64,000 nt of DNA, taken from IMG/VR virus record IMGVR_UViG_3300021256_003716; one strand, given 5' to 3'. The stretch's first letter is position 1; each line of letters starts with the position of its first letter. The notes under the pieces were generated by a model. It saw only the letters and a program-made list of their open reading frames with translations. It did no database searches and was not told the DNA's origin. A program made the position numbers and the translations under genes. Positions 32,323 to 41,900 of this stretch are shown here, piece after piece. This stretch comes from an uncultured virus (IMG/VR IMGVR_UViG_3300021256_003716) (taxonomy: Duplodnaviria; Heunggongvirae; Uroviricota; Caudoviricetes).

Positions 32323-32916
32323 TTACTTTTGTAGTTTATCAATTAAAGTAATTACAGAACCACGTAGAAATCCAAAATAGCCGCCACCAGATAAATCTCT
32401 ATTTTCTTTTGCAAAGTTTACAGAAATATCAGTATAGTCATTATATAGACCTTCATTATCTAATAAACAATCAATTATATTATCTTTAACTTTTCTAGAG
32501 TTTTCTTCACCCATTATTGTAACAAAATTTGAATCAAAATACTTTCTTACTCTCAAAGCGCCTTTAGAGAGAGCAAGCCTAAGTAGCTCATCATAAGCAC
32601 GACCAGACTCAGATAAAAAATCATCATTTCCTAAAAGATCAGATAAATTATTAAGTTTATATTTTTCCTTAAAAGTTTTTATTTCAATATCTGTTACGCC
32701 AAGTTGTTTTATATTTTCATCATTTGTAGCTAGCCACCAGTGGTGACAATTTCTGACACTCTGTTTTTTTAGCGCCTCAGAAGCTGAAACAAATTGATAG
32801 CAATGCTCATCGTCATCATAGCCAACGTTAATCAATCCAGTAATTTCTGGTGCATCACCAAGACGAATTAAATGTTTATAATAAAAAAAGCATGTACTTG
32901 AATATTTCTTAGCCAT
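32323..32916 (-). CDS. Hypothetical protein
   Basis: 197-aa ORF; CTAATT 7 nt before ATG. Confidence 0.65.
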   Translation of the reverse strand: MAKKYSSTCFFYYKHLIRLGDAPEITGLINVGYDDDEHCYQFVSASEALKKQSVRNCHHWWLATNDENIKQLGVTDIEIKTFKEKYKLNNLSDLLGNDDFLSESGRAYDELLRLALSKGALRVRKYFDSNFVTIMGEENSRKVKDNIIDCLLDNEGLYNDYTDISVNFAKENRDLSGGGYFGFLRGSVITLIDKLQK

Positions 32917-33014
32917 AGTAATTAATTAGCAAGTTTTTGCCTAAAATACACGTAATTACTACTAATTTTTATAACTTAAAAAATTAACTATTGAGGATTA
33001 TAGGAATATAAAAT

Positions 33015-33704
33015 ATGAAGAGGTTAAATGAATGGAACCCGGGCACTAAATCGGAAGCACTTGATTGGGTTGAAAGTGAGTTAAATACTTTAATAGAAAA
33101 GTTAGATGAACTTAATCAAAGTAATAGAATCCAATATGATGATTATTCAGAGCTTCATGATATAGTTGACCAAGCATTGGTATATGTTAGCGCAGGTCTT
33201 AAGCTAAGCGAATCTAGGAAATTAAATGAAGAACTCGCCTCAAGCGATGAGGCTCATTACTATAATGAAGGTTATGACGCATATATGGATGGTGCCAAAG
33301 ATTCTGACTGCCCATATGATGTTGAGGCGGAAAAAGAATATCAAAGATATTATAATAAATTAAAATCAAAAGCTTGGCATTGGGGCTATAGAAGTGCATT
33401 TGATGATGACTCTAATAGTGAACCTTATGAGCATCGTATGACAGAATCTAAAGAACTCCGCGAATCTACTAGTTTTATAGAGTCTGATGACTATAATAAA
33501 TTAATAGATTGTGTAGAAAATAAAACTCCAGAAGCTACAGCTGAATACTCTGGAAGCCTTGCAAAAAAATATGATTGTAAAAATCCTAAAGTTGTTTTTA
33601 AGAAAGTTTATGATTTCCTTCTAAGTGAAAGAGGAATGAGTATGGACCCAGAAGCAGCTGCAACTAAAATTGAAGATATACTTATGGCAGAGTATTATAA
33701 ATAA
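33015..33704 (+). CDS. Putative head-packaged protein with an internal RMF-like motif
   Basis: LNE/LSES/LNEE/MTES/LRES sites; EGYDAYMDG...CPY...AWHWGY resembles ribosome modulation factor. Confidence 0.5.
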   Translation: MKRLNEWNPGTKSEALDWVESELNTLIEKLDELNQSNRIQYDDYSELHDIVDQALVYVSAGLKLSESRKLNEELASSDEAHYYNEGYDAYMDGAKDSDCPYDVEAEKEYQRYYNKLKSKAWHWGYRSAFDDDSNSEPYEHRMTESKELRESTSFIESDDYNKLIDCVENKTPEATAEYSGSLAKKYDCKNPKVVFKKVYDFLLSERGMSMDPEAAATKIEDILMAEYYK

Positions 33705-33863
33705 TAAAACATTTTTAATTAAAAAATGTAAAATATGACATAGATAAATATTTATTTGTGTTTGAAATAATAACGAAGTATTAATAATTTCATTAGTTAC
33801 GTTATTATTCAAAGTTTTATGTTATTATTATTAATTAAAGGAATAATTTGATTAGGAGTAAAA

Positions 33864-34706
33864 ATGAGAAAATTTATTAGTATACTTCTTGTAGCATTTT
33901 TATTTGTTGGTATAGCATTTGCTGATGAAGCAAAATTGTTTGACTATACTGCAAAAGCAGATGTATTAGACACAGGCTATGATTGGGTAGCCAATGCTAA
34001 GGCAGAGGGAATTTCCGGAACATATGTTCCAGGTAAAAATCTTTTTAATCCAGTACTTTCAGAAAAGTATGGTCTCTGTATTCGTACAGATAGCGCACCA
34101 AATGCTGATAGTCGCTACGCTATCTCTTTTATTGAACCATCATTTAATGAACCAAATTCAGGTGCGGGATATATTAAAAATGCTGCGGCAGTAAAAAGTA
34201 TGGATATTGTGCTTACGCTTAATCGTGGATATGATGAAGTAGAAATTTTCTGGGAACAGAATGGTGTTGAACATAAACGTAAGTTTAAGGCATCAGACGC
34301 AACTACTACTATTGAATCTATGATTGAATTTAAGGCACATATTGATTTTTCAGAATATGTTGATGATGTAAGAAATCGTTCAATTGCTCAAATTCCAGTT
34401 GCTGGATTAAGAATGACGGATATTAAGCTTAAGAGAATTGAAGTTATTACACATAGAGCACCAGGCGATTGGATGTATAGCCCAACTTCTATTTTGGGCG
34501 TGAAAGAAATTACAATGGTATATGATAAAGCTGTTACTGATGAAGCTTACGAGCGTGGACATGAAGCTGACGAAGTATTCGGTGTAAAAGCTACTAAATT
34601 GCTTGAAGACCAGACTAGACGTAAGATTGAAATTAACTTAAGACAGTCAGAATATAATAAATCATTGATGGCAACTGAGGGAACTCAGGAAGCAGACGCA
34701 AAATAA
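33864..34706 (+). CDS. flaA: Flagellar filament outer layer (sheath) protein FlaA homolog, divergent
   Basis: Signal peptide ending AFA|DEAKLFD; GAGYIKNAAAVKSM, EYVDDVRNR, KEITMVYDKAV, DEVFGV, LMATE are colinear with Treponema FlaA motifs as I recall them (GYGVVKNVGVLKSI, YISDVRSR, KDVKIIYDKAV, EDLWGI, KLATE). Confidence 0.8.
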   Translation: MRKFISILLVAFLFVGIAFADEAKLFDYTAKADVLDTGYDWVANAKAEGISGTYVPGKNLFNPVLSEKYGLCIRTDSAPNADSRYAISFIEPSFNEPNSGAGYIKNAAAVKSMDIVLTLNRGYDEVEIFWEQNGVEHKRKFKASDATTTIESMIEFKAHIDFSEYVDDVRNRSIAQIPVAGLRMTDIKLKRIEVITHRAPGDWMYSPTSILGVKEITMVYDKAVTDEAYERGHEADEVFGVKATKLLEDQTRRKIEINLRQSEYNKSLMATEGTQEADAK

Positions 34707-34725
34707 TTAAAATTTAACTATAAAT

Positions 34726-34755
34726 AAAGGGTCACATAATTTGTGGCCCTTTTTT
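34726..34755 (+). terminator. Terminator after flaA
   Basis: AAAGGGTCACA-taatt-TGTGGCCCTTTTTT. Confidence 0.8.
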
Positions 34756-34780
34756 ATTTTTAAACGCTAATTAAGTTACA

Positions 34781-35857
34781 ATGCGTGCGGTAGAAAAAGC
34801 AGATAATTACATTATTAGATTTCTCTATAAAAAGCAAATTAAAGCTGATGTTATATACGCACTCTTTTTAATTTTTACTACAATAACATCTTTTGCAACA
34901 CAAAATAGTATTTGGTTAAGCTTAGTCTGCGTTTTAGCAACTTCCATAGTAATAGGCTGGACAATTAGGGATCTATTATCAAGAAGGGAAATTAATGCTC
35001 ATAATAGAGCTAAAGTACGACTATTTTATGTTGTATCTCTAATGTTATATTTATTTATGCCATCAGAAATGTTTATGGCTAGTATAATTTTTATTATTCC
35101 TTTTACAATCTTTTTTGTAGATTTGGTAGAAACTTATTGTGGACATGACTCACTTCACTGGCCATATATTTTTCATTTTGCATATGGCAGTATAATATTT
35201 TTAATAGTTAGCATGATAAAGCCATTTATCCCAATAGAAAAGTTTTATGTAACAGATTGGTTTAAGGTTATTTATAATCCTATTGCATTTACAATGATTA
35301 TAGATAATATTGCAGGCGAACTTGTAGATTTAAGAACAGTCTTTAAGGCAAAAGCATTTAGAGATGAAATTATAGCTTGTTATGATGAACTAACAGAAGT
35401 GCATAATAGACATGGCATTGTACAGCTCTGTGACTTAAGTAGAGCAACAGCTATAGCAATGATTGACTTAGACCATTTTAAGTTGGTAAATGATACTTAT
35501 GACCATAATACTGGCGATTTTGTATTAAAAGAGTTTGCAAATAGACTCTCAACTTATGGTGATAACGATAATTTTATTTGTCGCTGGGGTGGTGAAGAGT
35601 TCATTATAATTTCTAATAGTATTGGTGACCTTAAGGATATTTGTGTAAAACTTTTAATTCAAATGCGCAGTGAGCCAATATATTTTACTTTCAAAGACCA
35701 GAATATCGCGCATACACAAACGTTTTCTTGTGGTATAACCGAGATGGACCCAACAAAAGAGTTGGATGAGATGGTTAAGTTGGCGGATATACAGGCATAT
35801 CTATCTAAGGAAAATGGTAGAGACCACGTATATATAAATAATGAAGCTTTATTATAA
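34781..35857 (+). CDS. Membrane-bound diguanylate cyclase (GGEEF)
   Basis: Multiple TM helices; DELTEVHNR, IDLDHFKLVNDTYDHNTGD, RWGGEEF, TFSCG, AD...Y.SKENGRD. Confidence 0.93.
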   Translation: MRAVEKADNYIIRFLYKKQIKADVIYALFLIFTTITSFATQNSIWLSLVCVLATSIVIGWTIRDLLSRREINAHNRAKVRLFYVVSLMLYLFMPSEMFMASIIFIIPFTIFFVDLVETYCGHDSLHWPYIFHFAYGSIIFLIVSMIKPFIPIEKFYVTDWFKVIYNPIAFTMIIDNIAGELVDLRTVFKAKAFRDEIIACYDELTEVHNRHGIVQLCDLSRATAIAMIDLDHFKLVNDTYDHNTGDFVLKEFANRLSTYGDNDNFICRWGGEEFIIISNSIGDLKDICVKLLIQMRSEPIYFTFKDQNIAHTQTFSCGITEMDPTKELDEMVKLADIQAYLSKENGRDHVYINNEALL

Positions 35858-36489
35858 GGAATACCTATATGCAAGTAGTAGCTTTAGTAGTATTTTGTGT
35901 TATATATCTCATAATTACTTATTTATTCAAAATAATAGATGAGATAGTAGATATTCTAGTTAATAAAACCTATTCTAGAAAAAAAGGAATTACGAATCAT
36001 AATGGTAAATCTATTATGTTTTCTATTTTAGGTATGGCCCCATTTGAAGATATAAGTGCTGACTTCTTTGATGACATTGTTGTTAAATGGGGAGTATCAC
36101 GAGATTTTTTACTTTTCAAAGATGCTATGGGCCAAAGTAATAACTTTGAAAAAAAAATTTTAAAGAATTGGGAGAGCATATTTAATGGTGAAGAATTGGA
36201 TAATTAGAAAAATAGCAATGTTTCTATTACGAAATGCAGAAAGAGTAGGTAATATCAATAATGCTATAGAAGTAAAACTTAATAAAGGTGATTTAGAGAA
36301 AGATTATTGGCAGCAGTCTTTTATAGAGTTTTTTGTTAATAATAAGTATAGCATAAGATATTTTCCAAGAAGATTTATTAGAGACTATACTATAAATGGT
36401 AAGCCCCATAAAACTTATTTCGATGGCTGGTATACATTTTCGAACGGTGAGTACAGCATATATCAGGCCAAGGATGCAGATATAGAGTC

Positions 36490-37107
36490 ATGCAAGCAAG
36501 TCTTGAAACAAATAAGGTTATCTCGTTAGAAAAATTAAATAACCTAATTTTATTTATTTTAGTAAGTTCTTTAACTCCTCTCCTATTATTATATGGACTA
36601 TTTGGTAATAATCCATCAAATTGGTGGCATTCAATAAGTGCAGCATATTATTGTAATACTTCAGAAGCCTTTATTACAATGATGGCATTTATCTCTTATT
36701 TTTTAATTATATCTAAATCGCCATTATATAAACTGGCTGGAATTTGTATTGCATGTATTACAATTTTCCCAACTTATGAGTCTACATTAGGATTTTCAAT
36801 AAATTATCGTGTTGGTATATTTCAATTACCTATTAAACAATCTGGTGATTTGCATTTATTCTTTAATTTTTTATTACTTATTATTATTTTAATAATTTTA
36901 ATCAAGACTGTACTAGAATCTAAAGATTTTAGAATTTTATTATTTTTAATACCAATCTTAAGTAGCATAATAATGATAGTTATAGAGAACTGTCTTCATA
37001 ATAAAGGAAATTGGTCATTACATTGGACTACTATAATTTCTGAGTGGGTTTTGTTTCAAACTACTGCATTTATTTTCCTTAAAAGATATAACTTAAAATT
37101 ATCTTAA
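36490..37107 (+). CDS. Multi-pass membrane protein (SISxYY motif, DUF998-like)
   Basis: About 6 hydrophobic helices; HSISAAYY, LH...EW; start uncertain. Confidence 0.5.
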   Translation: MQASLETNKVISLEKLNNLILFILVSSLTPLLLLYGLFGNNPSNWWHSISAAYYCNTSEAFITMMAFISYFLIISKSPLYKLAGICIACITIFPTYESTLGFSINYRVGIFQLPIKQSGDLHLFFNFLLLIIILIILIKTVLESKDFRILLFLIPILSSIIMIVIENCLHNKGNWSLHWTTIISEWVLFQTTAFIFLKRYNLKLS

Positions 37108-37150
37108 TATTTATACTTTATACTTTGTGCTCATATATTATAAATGATAT

Positions 37151-37450
37151 ATGAAAGAAATAGACACAAAATATTTAAGCACTAAAATACCTAATCTAAT
37201 TTATACTCATGATTTAGATTCCTGGACTATAGGAACTCATAATTGTTTAACTATACCAGTTAATGCATATTTACGTAATGTAAATCCATCATTACTTGGA
37301 TTTGTATCTCATAAAATTCAGTATTTTATTAAGTATGTTATTTTCAAAAAATTAACAGATAGAAAATTTTGGAAAAACTATTATTATTGGATGAAGGCTA
37401 TTCTAATAGAACAGCTTGGCTCCATAAATTATAATGAATGGAATTGGTAA
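37151..37450 (+). CDS. Small protein carrying an NrdD-like segment
   Basis: IYTHDLDSWTIGTHNCLTIP versus NrdD IYEHDLDSWSLGMHNCLSIP in this window. Confidence 0.6.
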   Translation: MKEIDTKYLSTKIPNLIYTHDLDSWTIGTHNCLTIPVNAYLRNVNPSLLGFVSHKIQYFIKYVIFKKLTDRKFWKNYYYWMKAILIEQLGSINYNEWNW

Positions 37451-38958
37451 GTATATGAGTTTAGATGAAGAATGGTCTTTTAGAAAAAATAAAATTGCTC
37501 GTGAAAATATTGGAGAACACGATGGCGATAATCGATTTCTCCTTAGTGATATCCATTGTCAGCTCTGCCATTGGAAAAATAGTCATGAGAACTGCACGCC
37601 AATAGGCATTTGTTATGATGAGGAAGAAGAAAATTATGGATGCTATCCGATGGTTTTTGAAGATGAAAACGGAAATCGATTCTATACACATTGTGATATA
37701 AAAACTATTGAAGAGTATATTGAATTGGAGAAAAATAAATGAAAATGATTGGAGAGATTCATTATAGACTCGCGTTAAAACTAAAAAATGGAAAATATTT
37801 TCATGGTGGCGTTGATACTACTAAAGAATCCCAATTTACAAAAGCATTAAATAAAGAAGTAATTTGGTTTGATAACTTAAAGGATGCGCAAGAAGTAATA
37901 AAAGAAGACCAAAGATTACCTAAAGATATTGAATGTGAACCAGTAAAAGTAAAGATAACTACAACCTATGAAGAAATTAATGATGATAAAGTTAAAAAAG
38001 TAGATGGTTCTGATGATGTATTAAATCTTTTCACAAAAGAAGAGTTATGCTACGATTGTATGCCAGATGAGTTAGATACAATGACGCCTGAAAAAGAAAT
38101 CGCAGTGCTTAGTGAAGAACTTAATAACATGCGTAGAAAATATGGACAATTATCAAAAGAGCTTAATGAAGCCAATAAGGGATATTATTTTACAAGATGT
38201 GTATCAAGTGGATGTCCATATCTTCATCCCGAAAATAGGAATTGTTCTAGAGTAGGCGGTTTTTGTACTTCTGTAAGTAATAAAAATTGTCCTATGATGC
38301 AAAATCTTAAGGATAATGTAAAGCTTACTAGAGCAATAGAAGTTATTAAAGAACTTATGATGTTTGGCGCTTGCTCAGAAAATATGACTGAATCAGAAAA
38401 GGAACTTAGTAAAAAAAGTTGGATAACTGCACAGCAGTTTCTTAAGAGTATAATAGAAGAACAAGAGAGCGAATAAATGAGTGCAGGTGCAATTTTTGAA
38501 ATTATAATTGTGTATTTTTTAATATTTGTAGCAGCTATTGGCGTTATTGGCGCATTATGTTATGGATTTAAGATGTTATTAGATGCTTCAGCTGAAGCTT
38601 ATGATAGCTTTGACGTTTTTATGATTTTTCTATGTTGGATTGTATTGTTACTTTGTATTGGAGGTGGATTACTCTTTGTAAAAGCTTTAGCAATAGATGG
38701 CAATTTATTTCATCCAACATTATGGAGGGCATGGTGAGTATTAAACTTGATAAGGAGTTTCCAATGGTAAGTATTAAGCTTGATAAAGAACTCCCAGAAG
38801 ATTGGGATAAATACTTAAGTTGGAAAAATAGATTGGCTTCTACTGGTGTAGATGTTTCTAATACAACTTATAAAGAATTTGAAGGTTGCAAATTAAGACA
38901 CTTTGTAAGAGTAAATACTTGGTGGCCACAGGCGGATTATAATGAATGGAATTGGTAA
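37428..38958 (+). repeat. 23-bp direct repeat at two gene ends (37428-37450, 38936-38958)
   Basis: ATTATAATGAATGGAATTGGTAA occurs twice, each encoding YNEWNW-stop. Confidence 0.85.
38731..38796 (+). repeat. Imperfect 33-bp tandem duplication at a gene start
   Basis: MVSIKLDKEFP / MVSIKLDKELP. Confidence 0.8.
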
Positions 38959-41900
38959 TATGACAGTTGAGCAGAAATTAATAAATATTTGGTCAACTTC
39001 TTGGACAAATTATTTGGATAATTGTGCATTTAAAATAGCAATGTCTTTTGCACAGCCTGTTAAGATGCCATCATATTTTATGAGTGAGTCATTTAATATT
39101 AGAAGTTTTGAATTAAAAAACAGATTGAAACAGCCTAAAGATAACAAAACTAGAGTGAAAGACTTTATAGAGTTTAGTAGAATATAGCTTAATAGTTGGA
39201 GGAATAAATATGTCTACAAAGTTTGTTATTAAGAATGAAAAAGGCCAATATTATGGAGAGGCAGATAATGGTAGCTGGACAAGTTGGCTTGATGTAGATT
39301 ATTATAAGATACCTCTTTTTGATACAGAAGAAAACGCTAAAGATTTTATTGATAAATCTACTTTTATTAAAAAAACTTCTGAGTATCCAAAAATAGGCAA
39401 AATATCAAGTTCTTATGTAGAAGTAAGTAATTCAGATCCAGATGTTTGGAGAGCAAGGCATGAATTAGAAGAGCAACTTCTTAATGTACGTGGTCATAAA
39501 GACTCTCTTACTTCTCTTCTTAAAGATGGTAGTTTAACACATGATATGAACGCTATCTGTGGACGAGTAGGAAGACAGCTTGAAGCGGCAGGTATACATT
39601 ATACAAATGCTGAAGCTTATGAATATTCAGATTTGGTACATCATAGAGCTTACTATGATAAGGAAGATAAATGGCTCCCGGATAAAATGCTACAGGATAA
39701 TAATCTTGCTTTTAAGGCAAGAAAACTTGCAGGAGCAATAGCAACATTAGCAGATACATTAGCATTATTAGACAGGTATGAAGAAGAAGTATCTGAAAGT
39801 AGAAAAAATAAAAAGGATAAATAATGAAAGAATATAATGACCAGAGTGAGCTGGTTGATTTAGCCACTCTTAAGAAAAAGAAATTGCCTTATGTAGACAT
39901 TCATACTTTTGAAAAAGACCCATCTATTGTTAAAAATTTTATGGTAAGAAAGTGTGATAGAGATTGGGATACTGGAAAAGTACGAGAATGGTATGAGCTT
40001 GCTTATTCAAAACCAGTTTGGAGAATTTCTTGGCATCAAGTTTTAGCTAAACCAGGAAAAGGTTATCCGGAGCCAGAATATAAATGTATCAATGAACTTA
40101 AAGAATTGGAAAAATATCTAAAAACACAGGGCATAACTGATTTTAAGGACCATACTGAATACCATAACTCAATTGGTTACGACCATACAAAAACTTTCTC
40201 AACATTCATTACCTTTCAGTTATTGCGCGTTCTTGAAAAGAAGCTTGGAAAAGAAATTTGTTATCTTTACCCTCGTGGATATAATGACTGTCTTTACCCA
40301 GGATGTAATGATGAGTATCATTGGTATGGTGATAAAGATGCGGACGATTTGAAAGAAATGGACTCAAAAATCCGTATTTTCTTCGAGGACTTTACAGATC
40401 CAAAAGAGATTTTTGATGACTTTATTGAAATTGTAGATGACTTTGTTGAAAATACTGAATTTGGTAGTTTGTGGAATAAAAATGTTACTTATGAGGATGA
40501 ATACAAATCTGTAAAGCCCCGTGCACCTAAAAAGAATGTAGAGCCTTCTGCTGAAGAAAAGCTGTCTATTGCGCGGTCTCGTTTAGATGAAATTCTTTAC
40601 TGTACACCAGATGAATTATTAGATTTTATCAAAAATAAAGGTTTGCTAGATGAATTCAAAAATTCCTTCCTTGAGCAGTATTCAAAACAGTCGTTTACAA
40701 CAATTTCTATTGATGCAGATGTAATGTTTGGCGACGCTGATGGAACACATCATGAGTCTTTTACAATGTCGTTTGACGAATGGGATTATCTCAAGGAATG
40801 GTGGACTGCATACCGACAGAAATATCCAGCAAAGAAAGACACATTTGAAATGGACCATCCTATTTTTGGTGTAGGCTATCCGGAAGCAGGCGAGGGAGCA
40901 TGGAAAATTTGCGCAGTTGATAAGCTTCTTGAGGATAAAACTGTAAAAGTTTTTGATTTTGATAATGGCTATTCTACTGTTAGAATGAATGTTAGTAAAG
41001 ATGAAAATGCTAAGTTTGAAAATTCATACGAGGGTATTACCGATATACCAAATCCTCAGGACCATTATGAAGAATTACCAGATTTACTTCTCGCATATGC
41101 TTCATATTGGTATGCTATGGATAAAAAGCCTGAAGCTTTAATTGAGCTATCGGAAATTTATTAAAAGGAGATCTTAAAATGGTAGTAGCGCCGGTACCAC
41201 GCGATATAGCGGGCTCAATAGGATACCTTATTGGGTTTGTATTAGCTTGGATAATTATTTTTATTATAACTAGAATAGAAAAGAAATCTGAAAATAAGAA
41301 TAAAATTGAAAATAAAAAATCCTCAAGAGATAAAAGAAATAAGCTTAGTCAAGATGTAAAAGATTTTTTGTCAGACCTTGCAGACCCTTGGATTTTTATG
41401 TCTATTAAGGATTTTATTAGTGATGTGAGCAGTAAATACATTACAGATGACGATGGCTTTGGAGTTGGAGTTGCTGTAAATAAGAAAGATTTAAGTCTTA
41501 GAGAGATATCAATTAAATTATCCGATTTTAATTTTTCTGATAATGAAGATTATGAATATGACTGGGATGATTATGTAACACAAATGATAGAAAAATATAG
41601 TACAAATGAATATCAGCTTATTGGTATAAATTGGTATAATAAATAGGTAATTAAAATGAAAAAATGGAATTTTGATTTATACGCAATAAAAAATGAAACA
41701 AAAGATGATATAGAATACTGGAATTTTTTTACAGATAATTGGGTTAAAGGACCTCAGTTTAATATGGATTGTGTACAACCTCAATGGACTGCTGAAAATC
41801 AGTTAAAAGGTAATAAAGGTAAACTTGTTAAAATAAATATTATTGCTAAAGAAATTAAATCTGGGAAGTAGTTATGGAATTATTAAAAATATCCTCTGAA

